In this document: piece by piece, positions 21,984-35,149 of the stretch
How positions within the stretch are numbered: the stretch's first letter is position 1
Layout of the letters: each line of letters opens with the position of its first letter
NCBI GenBank assembly: GCA_015680685.1
Contig: MNCI01000751.1
Location: 369,893 to 419,747, forward strand
Source: Gnetum montanum
Taxonomy: Eukaryota > Plantae > Gnetophyta
Length of the DNA: 49,855 bases
Reading direction: 5' to 3'
The notes under the pieces: model-generated
The model's input: the letters and a program-made list of their open reading frames with translations, nothing else
Database searches by the model: none
What the model was told of the DNA's origin: nothing
Position numbers and translations under genes: made by a program

Positions 21984-22505
21984 AGTTTGTACAGAATTGT
22001 TACGAGGCGAAGGATGGACTCTTCGTTCTTCTAGATGTTTACATCCATGTACTACCCATGAAAGGTTTCTTAGTTTTCTGCAGTACTTTGCTAAAACTAC
22101 CCGACATCAAAATAGATGGAAAGAATTCTGCTCCTTAAGTGAAGCACAGCAATCTAGCTCATCTATTACACAAAGAGTTTTTACTGCTTTTTTTGCCCCT
22201 TCTATCCGAACCACTAGAATAGTTATTCCTTTTCCCTATATCCACTTAGCTACTGATGTTAAAATCAATAACCTTGATTTTGAAAGATGGTACAATAATG
22301 ACTGTCTAAATTGACCTTATTATCAACCTAGTGATTTTCATATGTACTGTATTGAATTTAACCCACAATCCATGCCATCCACTAAGTCTGCAATTTTTTG
22401 GTCCTAGTGGGCACATTTTGGTCATGCTCCCATTCATCTTCCTTCAAACTATCCAGGATATCTTAGAGCATGCCTAACTGAACATCATGGTGATTTCTCC
22501 TACTA
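21976..22505 (+). pseudogene. Caulimovirid ORF2 of unknown function (3'-truncated)
   Basis: ATG overlaps the ORF1 end by 8 nt in another frame. The frame reads through isolated stops (..WYNNDCLN*PYYQPSDFHMYCIEFNP..IFWS*WAHFGHAPIHLPSNYPGYLRACL). Confidence 0.6.
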
Positions 22506-22529
22506 TAGAGGGTTAAAAGTGCAACATAG

Positions 22530-23500
22530 AATAGTGGAAGATGGTGGGATGGAGGGGTTTCAAAAGCATGGTTGCCAACTTGTTGGTCTACATAGTCTAG
22601 AGCATGAATATCTAGAACAACTACATTAACTATGGCTGCCCTTGATGATCATCCCCATGGCCTAAGTGGTCCTCTGTGAAGAATCTCTCTTGCAAGGCTT
22701 ATGAGGCTTCCGTGGCTCGTTCCAAGGCCTTCATAGCTCATGGCCAGCTTACGTAGCCTAAGATGGTGATGATACGTGAAGGCATGGAGGGTTTGGGCCA
22801 TGATGGTGGTAGCAACTCTACCTATGTAGACCTTATGAACCAATGTAAAGAGTGATGTCAAAGGAGGTGATGATTCTCAGTACTAGTGGTATCTACGAGC
22901 ACCAAAGGAGGCAATGATTTTTAGTGTTGGTGGTGTCTGTAGGCACCAGAGGAGGTGATGATTCTTGGTGCCAATAGATAGCGGCATCAAGAATAGCAAT
23001 GGCAAGGGCTTGTAGATGGCGATGCATGATCACGTGTGGAAAAAATTAGATGGTGAGGTGTAACAATGGGCATAGCCACTAGGCATGGCTACTAGGCACA
23101 CTCTTTGGATGCAACTACTAGGCACAGGCCCTACCATGATCACTAGGTGCAAGCCTTGGGCTTGCGAGTGCAGCCCTTACATGGTTCAAAGGTGGCATCG
23201 ATGGACATGATTGGATGCAGTAGTAAGGCACAATAGGTGAAGGCATGATAGTAGGGCATCAACAGCAAGGCATGAAGTCACAGTAGGATGATGGCAAGGG
23301 CGAGGGTGAGGTTGAGGACATTGCAGCAGGAGGGTGTAACAACACCAATGTTGTTGTTGGCTCAGCATTATTGCCAAGATAGACACAATGTTAGGTGGCT
23401 AGGCCTAGTGCACAGTGGCATGGAAGGTCCTACATTGTGACCAAGCCAACCATAGTGATGTAGTTGTCCCAATGCTGTAGCATGGGCCAACCATGAATGC
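22530..23500 (-). pseudogene. Decayed extra ORF in the leader of element B, containing 3 x 44-bp repeats (22861-22972)
   Basis: Higher GC. Reverting TAG/TAA to CAG/CAA gives AMKALERATEASQALQERFFTEDHLGHGDDHQGQPQLMQLFQIFMLQTMQTNKLATMLLKPLHP. Confidence 0.4.
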
Positions 23501-24659
23501 TAACCTTGAGGATAAGGACCAAGGCTCAAAATGATTTTTTTTGAATGGAGGGAGGTTGGAGTTTGAACCCACAAGCTCCCATCCTGTTTTCTATAATTTT
23601 AATAATTTCACACAACCTAGGAAACACTGTATCTCCCAAACTATAAGTCAAATTTTTACAAAATTAGTACCATTGGAATCATCTTGGAGTGCACTATGTT
23701 GAAGATAACACTAGTTTACCTAACTTATCAATCATAAAATCATAAAAAGCAAGCATTAGCTTTAATTAATTATTAATTAACTTAAGTTGTAACTACCTCT
23801 TTTCTCATAAATTATTCCATAAATAGATGACAAAATAATTGCTTGTCCATCATAGCACAACATTAGCATAGAGAGATTTTAGAAAAGAAGAAGATTTCTA
23901 CAGGTAATAACATGGCTTCTAAATGTCCCTCTCAAGCTTCTTCTCAAGCTTAAGCTCCTTTAGGTAGCCTTAAATTGGTATATATTATTTTGCACCAAAA
24001 TAATGCAATTGCTACTTTCAATTTCATTCGTAACTCACTTGGAGTGAAGGAATTTCAATATCTTGTAAGCTCTAAGTTGTTTGAGCTACTTGTATTTCCT
24101 ATTTTTAAAACATCTTATTGTAAGATTCTTATAACAGAATGGTGTATTATCCATTGTAAAAATGAAAGTTCTCCTTCTAAAATGATTTTTGGATTGTTAA
24201 CAATTACTCCAGTTGATATTTGATTAGTTTTAGAATTTTGATTAGGAGAAAATCCTCCTATTTTTTCTTCTAAGTTTCACATGTTTTTCCAATAAGAGTT
24301 GTCTGCTTATGTTCATGACTCTGCTATCCACCAAAGTTAATTTTATCCTAGTGATTTTATCAATGAAATTAATTTTGAATTATGTCAATTTATACACAAT
24401 AAGGTTTTATGCCATCGACACCACTCCTATGTTAATGCCTATTCCATCTATATTCTCCACTATGCCAAAATTACCAAGTTTATGACTAGTCATTATCCTA
24501 TTTTCTTTCCTTGCATCTCACCATATAACATGCTACTGCCACCAAGAAAAATCCACAAAAACCTTACACTATATGTTGTGTACCTGTGATCATGTCCTTA
24601 ATTTTAAGTTACATGCTTCAACTAATCTTCTTAGCTATTTTAATCCTAGTTTACATTGC

Positions 24660-26052
24660 GAGTTTCTTGAGGAAGAAAGAGTTGTAAGGGGTTGGATCAA
24701 GGATGTAAAGAAAGATCAAAGGGATTTTGAGTAGCTCTAAAACCACTATTATATATATATATAATTATTTTTTAATCATGTGTTTTTGTGTATTTATTGG
24801 TAGTGCAATCTGTGCTACAAAATAAACCAATGGAAGGTGCACAGACTTTGAAAGAGACCAATCAACTCTAGGAAGGGATAATGTGTTGACAATGATAGAG
24901 CTTAGTTCTAAGGTTTTTTAAATTATTTATTTATTTATTTATTTTCCTCCTTTTTTGAGTGATCTATATTTTTTTCTACTTAAATATAATTTAATTAATT
25001 TTAGAAACAATGTACTAGCCAAAGTTTTAGTGGCAAGGTACTTTTAAGTTCTAAACAAAGGAATGGTGGTAAACAAAAAGATAAAGGAAAGGAACCAAAG
25101 GTAAATTCAATAAAGGTTAGAATACTTTCCTTTTTCTTCTACTTCTTGTATGATGTTCACTTTGTCTTCCTTTGTGTTTCAAATATATCTAGGTTAAGGA
25201 TACTTTAGTTAGGAGTTGCATAAGAATACTTTCACAAAGATTAAACATACTCCAACTCCTTCAATGAGATCACTAGGCATGTCATCACCTCTTGTGATTT
25301 CAGTAAGGGATCCTTTACCATAATTCTTACCAACATCTCTAGCTCATGGTTCTATTTCTATAACTCATTTTATGATCATTATGGATTCCCCTTTCTCACT
25401 AGGATAGAAGGTGGCTACTACCAAAGAAGAACTTGCTCTTTTTTGAAATCTTGGTTAATAGATTACAAGGAATATACCTTATTCTATTTGTGAGGAAGTG
25501 TACCACATGAGGAAGTCTAGATCTTGTGACTTCAAAGGAGATTATGAATTAGTGTATAATGGTTCTACATCTTCTTTTCATCCAATTTCTAAGGATTTTT
25601 TAGAAGTTGTCAGAAATCTGGGACAACTCGTAGGAGAATTGGAGAGTGTCACATGTCTTACTCATTAATTATTGAACTGCAAACATATCCTCCAAGTCAA
25701 GAATGATCGACTTTATGTAAGTAATTCTTACTCTCTATTTTCCTTTCTTTCTCTTTTTTATGATCTGTACACTCATAACTTTAATGTTGTTTGGTGTATG
25801 CAAAGGAAAGAAAAAGAATGACAAGAATATATTTCCTAGTAGTCTCTTTAGGTGAAATTGTTGGAAGCCTAACTTGCAAAGAAGGATGAGGCACAGGCTA
25901 TAGCAAAGATTGTAGCCAAATATATCAAACAACTATATGATGGTTTGGTTGGGTGTCAAGAAAATATTAATAAGAAGGATGCTCCAGAAGAGGAATGACA
26001 AGCCCAGTTGAAGGCCATTTCAAATCTCCTCAACACCTTCAAACTAAGCTAA
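24660..26052 (+). pseudogene. Decayed intron-containing gene, antisense to element B
   Basis: T-rich ~90-nt introns: 24913-25004 (AAG|GTTTTT..TTTTAG), 25101-25192 (AAG|GTAAAT..CTAG), 25717-25803 (TAT|GTAAGT..TGCAA, mutated AG). Last exon DEAQAIAKIVAKYIKQLYDGL..QAQLKAISNLLNTFKLS*. Confidence 0.5.
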
Positions 26053-26200
26053 TCCCTATTCTACTTTTCTTATTCCTCTATTCTCTTTCCTTTTATTACT
26101 TTTGATGTATTTCACTTTGATGTATATCTTCTGTATAACAATAATAATAATAATATTCTAATAGTATTTTCTTCCACACTTTGACTCCTAAATCATGGTT

Positions 26201-26212
26201 TTTTTGTTACCA
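26201..26212 (-). promoter_or_regulatory. Degenerate tRNA-Met PBS of element B
   Basis: TGGTAACAAAAA on minus, 2 nt from the LTR, vs TGGTATCAGAGC. Confidence 0.6.
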
Positions 26213-26214
26213 AA

Positions 26215-26712
26215 TGTGACATCCCGATCCCAGATGTTGTTAAAACACAATTGTTCATTACTTAATTCATCGTGCTAGTAAAATAATAATGGAAATATGA
26301 TTGAATAACTTGGTAAATATTATTGATGCATTGAATTTAATAGGTAAGAAAATAAAGAAAAATATTTTATTGATGTGAACGATATACTATAATGTTCTCT
26401 GAGTTATCTCCCCATGACACTTAAGGCCTTAGAGGTAATTTAGAACTACCACCATAGTTAGGTTATGTAGCCAAAGGGGTGATCAGTCCCTTATTATCCT
26501 ACTTCAACTGGCTCCCATTACTTGCCAATCTTGGGTCCGCAACTGCATGCTGGCATGAACTTTAAGCCTAGCCTTAAATGAAACAAGTCAAACCCATTCC
26601 CAAGGAGTATCGTGAGTAATCGTAGCTCCTCATAATGAGGCACCCCTTCTTTCAAAGGTTAATTACACTATTATAGTATAATTCCACCCTTAACAAGGGA
26701 TGAGATGTTACA
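26215..26712 (-). repeat. 5' LTR of element B (498 bp)
   Basis: Colinear with 11074-11161 plus 12078-12479; TG..CA termini. Confidence 0.93.
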
Positions 26713-28472
26713 CTTTAGGACTACATAGATATAATAAAGTATCAGTATACTAGTACTATCATTTCCATGATTTGTTATAAGCTATATGGATTCATATTAT
26801 CATAGTCGTGGATTCAACAATTATCTACTAATCATGATTTGTTACCTACTTTAATCAAAATCATGTTTCTCAATGAACTTTTTTTGTGATTACATCTAAA
26901 TCTCAAATTCCAACATATAATTGAAGCTTTTTACAAATAAGCTTGAATTGATTTACAAAGTAAATCTAAAGATAAATATGTAAAGCAAAATTGATCTATT
27001 TATAATATCATACTCATACACTTCTAAAAGAGGAACAAACTTGAGCATTACTAAATGTTGCAAATGTTATGAAGAAACAATGTAATGTTAGCGTAGTTGT
27101 AAGAATTTTGATTTGGAAGCTCCAAGTTCTATGTTTAATTTTAATGGGTAATACTGATTTATAAAATTTTAATTTGACTATTTTTCTTGGAGGTAAATAT
27201 TATTTAAAAATAGTTTTAATCTTCAACACCCCATATAAATTTTATGAAGTTGAGAGGAGGATGTGAATAGAATAAATGCCAAATTTTTACAACCTTTTAT
27301 AAATTTCTCTAAAGTATGTAAAAAGAATGATTTTTCTATTGGAAAAAAAATAATATAAATTAACCATGATATAGTGCTAGTCAAATAATTATACAATAAC
27401 ATAAGGATATGAATTCCCACTGAAGTAGCAAGACAAACACTAACCTTTGTATAAATACACATATGTCATGACCTTAAGCCCAACATACAGATTATTATAT
27501 GTCATACTTAAAATGTTTCATCAATTACACCTAACATTATTGACTTTAGAAAAGGAACCACCTCACTTACCAAAGTCATACCTAAGGAAGCATCATCCTT
27601 AGTACCGTATTTTGTTTTCTTTGAAATAAGAAAGGGGATGAGAATTACATTAGCACTTCATTTGCACTAGTTGTGCAAGTATCCATGTGTGGTCATGTAG
27701 AACAAGAAAGGAGATGAGATTCATATGGGTACTACATTTGCGAAATTAAAATTGAAATGGAATGTTTACTTATATCTCTTAAGATCCTTTTGGATCTATT
27801 AGATTGCACCAATATTAGAATTTCTTTTTATGAAATACTTTTGTAGACAACTCAATGTCACATTTTATGTATTAGAGTTAAACCTAACCTAAACTTGTAC
27901 TAGTTGCCTACTTATCTATGCATCATCACATAAATATGACTCTTAGCAAGTTATACCATATTGAATATGGTTTAGTCTAACATGCAATTCTAATGAGTTA
28001 ACATGCTTCATCCTCTCTTAGTCAAAGTTGGAAGGATTGCCTTTGGATTGATTAGTGGAGCATACTCATTTAAAAGCTTATGCATTTGATGGGTGGATTG
28101 ATTTCCTATATTTTTGAGTTGATATTTCTCCAATGAATCTAATTTTTTTCAACAAATCTATTTTTTCTCTCTTTGATTGTTTTCCAATAGATCTAATTTT
28201 TATCTCTTCAATTTTTATCTAGTGGATCTGATTTCTCTAGAATTTTCTTATAGGGGATTCTATATTGCTTCAAACTTCTTCAACCAATGTTGAAATTTCT
28301 TCCTTTTTTATTGCTGCAAAAATTTCTATTGATTTTCAAAATGCAAATTTACAAGTTGGTAAGAAAAAAAGTTGTGATTCCTTCTTCTAGTGATGTTGAT
28401 GTAATAAGACACCTAATTTTATTCTCCATAATGATGTATATGATTCATTGGTTGTTGATTTTTCATCACAAT

Positions 28473-30058
28473 TGAAACACCACCAAAAATTCATGTTGTA
28501 ACTTTCATTTTTCAACTTGAGGCAAGGATTAATTGTAAATATGAGATATGTAGTCCATGAGCTACAATATTGCATACTTTAACTTTTTGGGGTGAAAAAA
28601 TGCTTTAAAAGTTATTATTGCCTTGCTTCCTAGGTGGAAAAGGGTACCCCATGTCCATATTTTGGAAAGGTTGAAAACAACTTGGGAATGGCTAAAATTA
28701 GCATTTCCATGGATTTTTGTAGGGGTATAGCCCCAACTACCTTAGAGCTATTAATTTTGATTATGCTACAGTAGATAGAAAATGGCCAACATAGTCATCA
28801 CCAAGACCTAACAGAAGTACGACATTAGAACTATTGGAATTTCCATTTTTCCAATAGTGGCCAGTGTAGTCATTCCAAGTTTTCAACAAAAGAGCATGAC
28901 ACAGTACTTGTAGCTCTAGTGTAGTTGCAGCTCCAGTCTAGTTATAACTCCAACATAGTTATAGGTCTAGCATAATTGCATCTCCAACATAGTTGTAGCT
29001 CAAGTGTAGTTGTAGATCCAGTGTACTTATAGCTCCAACATAGTTGCAACTCCAGTGTTGTTGCAACTCTAGTGTAATTACAACTCTAGTGTGGTTGCAG
29101 CTTCAGCATAGTCCACCAAAGCTAGTACAATAAGGATGGTGCTAGCATAGTCACAAAAGTATGTTTGCTTTTTTTACTAAACCGATGGATTTTTTGGCTG
29201 TAGTCCATGCCATACTTACTATAAATGGTAACTACACTGAGATTTGATCACTGTTGCACCTACAAATTCACACCAATCTATTAGCAATCATGGCAGTAGT
29301 GCACAAACCCAAAAATAGCCACACCAACCCTATAAAAATCCAATGTAAACACCATATTTTGGTTCCAACATTTTTGGCATTTACAAATTTCACAACAATT
29401 TTGAACCTTCACATAAGCAATAGCATTTTTCCTTTTTTACAGCCAACAAAGCCCATTGTAACCTTATTTCCACTTTTTGGTAGTAGAAACTAGTACTATG
29501 TTGGGTATAAAGACTCCTACATAATTACCATTGAGTCAAAAGGGATCATACATTTCCATAACCACGCTACAGACCCTAGTGAAAACTAATAGAAAGTTGC
29601 TAGAAATTAGAGCAAGGAAGAAACTGGATCATGGAGTTGTCGTAGAACACGCCTTACCTTCTCCAATGGACTTCAAGATCATACAAGAAACTTCTAGTGC
29701 TCTTAGCACAAAATTTGTACTTTGTGAACCTTATCCTTTATTTTTATTTAAAGAAATTTATTCTTCATGTTGTGTAAGTTTTAGTTTACATTTTCATTTC
29801 TGCATCTATTTTCATTATGGATCTACAACTTTTACTTCATTTCCATTTTCAACTTCATTTCTATTTCTATTTTCAAAGCCATTTATGTTTCCATTTACAT
29901 CTCTATTTACACTTCCATAAGTTCCTACATGATTGATATGACCATTTAAGATGCCTTGAATCCTATTTTCAGAGGCCCTTAGGATTCAAGGGTAAAACTA
30001 TTCCAGTGCTTGGATTTTTGGGTTTCCATTCTAGCAATCGAAATTTCTAGCACCAACA
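28473..30058 (+). repeat. 5' LTR of element C (1586 bp) with an internal ~20-bp tandem array (~28900-29110)
   Basis: TG..CA termini. First ~1050 bp match 46602-47615. Array unit TAGTTGCAGCTCCAGTG-like. Confidence 0.88.
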
Positions 30059-30064
30059 ATTTTT

Positions 30065-30081
30065 TGGTGCTAGAAGGAGGG
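30065..30081 (+). promoter_or_regulatory. Primer binding site of element C (Tat-clade-like TGGCGCTAGAAGGAGGG)
   Basis: Follows the LTR end ..CACCAACA after a short A/T spacer. Confidence 0.7.
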
Positions 30082-30534
30082 CCTACACCCAAATTCTTGG
30101 CCATCAATCTATTTTAACCTTTTTCCAATACCAAGTCTACTATGTTTTCGTTATTTTGTCATTCCATTAAAGCCAACACCTACTATCCAAACCTTCTTCC
30201 ATAGGCCTTGGTGTAGTAGTAGAGTTGGGTTTTCCTATGATTTCACAACACCCATCTACTACAATACCATTTCTACTACAACACCATTCCTACTATAATA
30301 ATTTTTATATTGTAGCACCAATCTATTGTAACATCTAGTCTATTGTAGCAACTATTTCTGTACAATAGATAAACCACATTTCCCCATTTTCAGCACTCTC
30401 TAGTAGTTTTCTACTAACTTTTCCATTTTTAGTTAATTAAGTTAGTGGATTATTCCATTTATTATGTTTCTTACTAAAAATAGTAAAAATACTAAAACCA
30501 TCTTTTGATAATGTCTTTCAGTTGATCAACCATC

Positions 30535-33500
30535 ATGCCCCTTAACCTAACAAACATGACATTCGACCAAGATGTAGTTCGTGTCTATGACTTGAAAGAC
30601 CCCACAGTCATAGAAAGAAGGCAATCACTTAGGCAAAGGGGCAAAAACCTAGATTTCATGATTATCAATGGGGAGTTCTAAAATGTCATTTATGCCAAGA
30701 TACAAGCTGGGTTCCTAATACCACATTCCAAATCTGTTAAGTGCTAATTCAAAATCATATACTGAGATGGGAAAAAATACATTCCATCTCCTTATGACCA
30801 AATCCCCCTCACTAAATTTTATGCAAAAATGCTAATACAACTCATAGAGGTTGATGAGTTTAGTGAGAAAATTAGCTTAGAGGATTGTCAAGAGAAGGAA
30901 ATTAAGTTTGAGGCTAAACAAGAGCTAGACACCTTCATTGGAAGTCTTTTCTAATCTTCGATTTTCCAAACAACTACATCCAACACCATGTATCTTATCT
31001 CATATATGGAACAATCCCCTTAGCCCAACTCTTCTCCTATCCATCCTACCACATTTGGGTCCACACCCATTATTGGCACATACTAGATACAACCTGTGTC
31101 TCTGTTCATCTCCTTATTCTCATTGATGTTCTTTGCCACACAACCTTACTCCATTCACCTAGTGTAGGTAATGTCTACTTCACCATCTCCCTTTGCCATG
31201 CTAGTGGAGCCCTCATTGGGATCCCAAGTATTACGAGCCTGTCATACTTCTTTCATCCCCTTTGTGCCTCAAGTCTCAACACAAATATCCTTTTCCTTGT
31301 TTAGCCTACCTATGACCACCATAACCCACCTCTCCCCTTAATACCCTAGCCTATCACGAGATATCAAGCCTTTCAACTCCCTCCTCAACTACCAACACAA
31401 GCACTGCAGCCCACAAGGATGCCCCAAGACTTGGATCAAGCCTTCTAAATGATCCAAGACCTTATAGAAGAGCTACAAAAACTCAAGTCCAATATAACTC
31501 AAACAGATAAGGTTCTAGATTTCTATCAACATGATCCTATAAGTCCTATGGTGCCTCAAATAACCTTGCCCATAGGCTTTCCTATCCAAACTTCACCAAA
31601 TATAGTGTTGAAGGGGAATCCAACACACATCTAGTTATCTTTCAGTCTAAGTGCATCTCTTTGCAAGCTAGGTTGCATACGATACTGAGGACTTAGCACT
31701 GAACCCTACCTAGAGGTTCAATCTCTTCTGTTGAGGACTTGATTAACCAATTTGTCAACTACTTCAAATACAACTTGAAGTCAAATGGTACATTGGATCA
31801 ACTAATGAAAGTGAAGCAGGGCCACTTGAATCAATCAAAAGGTTCATTCAAAGGTGGAACTCAACACTTAATGAGATTCCAAAGCCTATTTCTGAAATTC
31901 ACCTCTTGGACATCTTTAAGGAAGTAATGAATGTCTTTATCAAGTTAAAACTTTACTACCTAGAGCCTTGTTCACTAAGCCAAGCCTTCTCGCAAACCAA
32001 GAACATCAAGGAGGCAGCTGAGGAGGCAAGAAGCGATCCAGCCTATGTTGCCTACAAAAACTAACATGTAAGGAGGGATAGGAATAAATCCAAGCAAGAA
32101 CATACAACTGTGACCGTAGTAGCAAAAGATTCAAAACTAGGAGTGCGGTGAGGATCACCATCATGCAACACATCTTCTGACTCATCCCAACCATCTAGTT
32201 CCTACATTCCAAATCAACCAAGACCAAAATTTGGATGGAAGGATATGTCTAAGTACACAAGGTTTCCTTTGAAGCCTTCTAAGATCTTAGAACAGTTGCT
32301 TAAAAGAAACCATATACAAAATAAGAAACTATCTAAGGAGGCTCTTAAGAGGCACGATCATCTTTGTGACATAGCTAAAGATCCAATGATAGCTACTGAA
32401 GATGATCCAAAGCTACCAAAGTACTTCAAACTAGATAGGTACTGTCATTATCATTGAATGGTTGGTCATGACACTAATTTTTGCCTAGCATTAAAGGATG
32501 ACATCCAAAATATGATAGACCATGGAGAGTTGGTGTTGAATGAGCCCAACCCTCCAAGCACTAACAACAACTCTTATACGATAGTCTCATTCATGGAAAC
32601 CAAATGGTCTAATCCTCCTAGGGAATCATTTTTCATCAGAGTACTACTACAACCCCAAAACAAAAAACTTGGAGAGCCCTTCATTATATGGATATCACCT
32701 CCTCCGGTCCCTACGAGGCCTTTCACCATACATGTCCCACCTTCAGTGGCACCAACTTCACAACCAAGACCACAAGTTACTAATCCTCCAAAGCCTAGGG
32801 AACCATTTATTATTCAAGTACCTTCACCTTCAACAAATAAGCCAATAACAATTCATTATAAAGCCCACCTATAGTGGTCCACAACTTAGAGATTAGCAAG
32901 AAATCATCATTACAACAATGTAAAAAACATCATATCACCAAACCAACAATGAAGTCCACTGAAGGTAACCAATAACAAAAGGTTTCACAACCTACACCAA
33001 GATCATTTGCATCCATGGAAAAGGAGCCCAAGGCACATGGACCAATGCCTAAGCCACAAACTCTAGAAAGGATGGAGGAGGCTAGAACCACTAGAGCTGA
33101 AACATTACATGTCAAGGAAAAGAATTTTCTTGCAAAAATGAAGCAAACCAAATGGTCACTTAAGCAAAAGAACACATCACCAAACTTGTACAACTTGGTC
33201 ATGACTTCTCCTGCTTACAAAGATGTACTAGCTCAAGTGTTAACCTCTATCCTTGTAAGCAGAGACATGTTGGCCAACAAAGAATCAATCCACTCTATCA
33301 TTGAGCAAGCTTTGCTTAGGGAAAATGGACATCAACCCATGCTAAATGTCCATGATAGTAAAGTGAACATTGACTCTTGAAATGGAGAGATGCTATCTGT
33401 TCCTCTCCTCATCACTATATGTTTTAGCATATATAAGGTCCATTATGTTCACATAGATGATGAGGCAATGACTAACATGGTACCATTTTCCATTTTTGAC

Positions 33501-33900
33501 AAGATGGGCCTAGCCAAGAACATCCAAGAGACTACTACCTCAACACTAAAGTCATTTAATGGCTCACAAGTAGTAGTGTGAGGTTTCATCTCCTTGGCTT
33601 TAGTAGTTGGTGAACAATTTCCAACATCTGCCAACTTCTTAGTGGTTGAAGAGATACATGGTTTCAACTTAATTCTAAGAAGGCCATGGTTAGCAAAGCT
33701 TCAAGCAATTTCATTTCCTATACATTAGGAGATCCATTTTTTATACAAGGAAGGGGGAATTGTGATCCATGGAAATAATGTGTTGGTACCATTGATTAAC
33801 TATGTCAACATCGACCAAGGTTTGAAGGTGGAGTTTCAAGAGGAAAGCCCCAACACTCAGACTAGGGCCACCAACAATAATGAGAATAATAATAATGTGA
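30535..33900 (+). pseudogene. gag: Decayed gag-protease of element C
   Basis: LINQFVNYFKYN..TLDQLMKVKQG; Tat/Ogre-type finger YCHYH*MVGHDTNFCLALKDDIQNMIDHG; protease VHIDDEAMTNMV..FNLILRRPWLAKLQAI. Confidence 0.8.
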
Positions 33901-34289
33901 GCAACATCAACTCTATGACACAAAGTGACTAATAGAAATGCATGCATCTCATCATGTTCACCACAAGATCATGCCAAAGGAGCTCCTTGATCTATCAAAG
34001 GTCAAGCAACAAGTTTGTAGTCAATGTCTCACTTTTTTTTGTTAATGGTTGTTCATTTACTTTTGCAACATTTTATCATGCTTCATGGTTTTTTCTAGCC
34101 TTATATGCTCTTTTGAGAGCATCCCATACTTACTAGGCAAGTATGGATCATGATCCACTAAGGGCTAAAACTAGCAACCCTATGGCCTACTAAGGACTAA
34201 AATTGGCAATCTTATGGCCTTAAATTCAAAAATATCTTCAGCCTATCTACAACTTATTTTACATCCTTATAGCCTACAGAATAATAATT

Positions 34290-34525
34290 TACAACTAAAA
34301 ATACTAAAATGACCATTTACAACCAACAATATAAAAATTACTATTTACAATCAAAAAAGTGAAAATGATTATTTATAGCAAATAATAGGAAAATGACAGA
34401 TTGCAACCAAAAATAGGAAAATGACAGTATATAGCTAAAAATAGGATAATGATGGTTTATAGCCAAAAATAGGAAAATGACAGAGTAGAACTAAAAATAT
34501 GAAAACGACAGTGTGAAACTAAAAT
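34290..34525 (+). repeat. ~30-bp tandem repeat (CAACCAAAAATAGGAAAATGACAG-like, ~8 copies)
   Basis: Periodic AAAAATAGGAAAATGAC units. Confidence 0.8.
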
Positions 34526-35149
34526 TTTAGTTTTTATTCCACACTTAGAATAATTTCAAAACACAATCCAAGTTGACAACCCAAAATTTCACAAGATGGA
34601 ATAACAACATTGAAACCAAAAGAAACAGCCATGAGAAATTGCTTATAAAAAAAAAGCTAAAAGAATTTCAATTTGATCCAAACCACTTCTAGACCCTTCC
34701 TAACATCTCAGCCTATTACTAGGATCATTAAACATTGATGGAAAAAAATTCCAAAGTCTCAACATTTCCCATCTTCACAGGGGTAAATGCATAATAGCCT
34801 TAAAACCTTGATTTCATGCGAATTTATGGAAACATCTTTAAAAAATTAACCACTTAACAAAATTTGATAATTCCTTAGCTGTTAGAATCATAAAACCATG
34901 AACTACAACCTCATGATAAGAAAACATAAAATATCTTAACTTTTGTTTCAAAAAAAAATTGTAGAAGTGACATGAACATGGTCATCATAGGAAAAGCCCC
35001 ATTTCATGTAAGTTGACAAAAACACTCACCAAGAACAAATCATTCATCCAAATTCAATGATTCCATAACCATTAGAATCCTTGAATGATGAATTGAAATC
35101 CCATAACATTAAAACTTGGAAATTCATAATCTTTTATTGCAAAAGATGC

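Larger units (their letters stand above)
18163..22505 (+). mobile_element. Endogenous caulimovirid (plant pararetrovirus) segment with a florendovirus-like layout
   Basis: CP, zinc knuckle, aspartic protease, RT and RNase H followed by an overlapping ORF2, with no integrase. RT/RH motifs are caulimovirid-type. Both ends approximate. Confidence 0.88.
11074..26712 (-). mobile_element. Element B: Ty3/gypsy chromovirus (Tekay/Del-like) LTR retrotransposon with an expanded 5' leader
   Basis: LTR pair 11074-12479 (interrupted) and 26215-26712 with termini TGTGACA..TGTTACA. TSD CTTTG (11069-11073) / CTTTA (26713-26717). Degenerate PBS at 26201-26212. Order gag-PR-RT-RH-INT-chromodomain on minus. 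Confidence 0.92.

Noticed and set aside
28900-29110. Repeat array as a CRISPR or coding repeat
   Set aside because: A ~20-bp minisatellite inside the LTR, also present in the partner LTR (~47060-47200).
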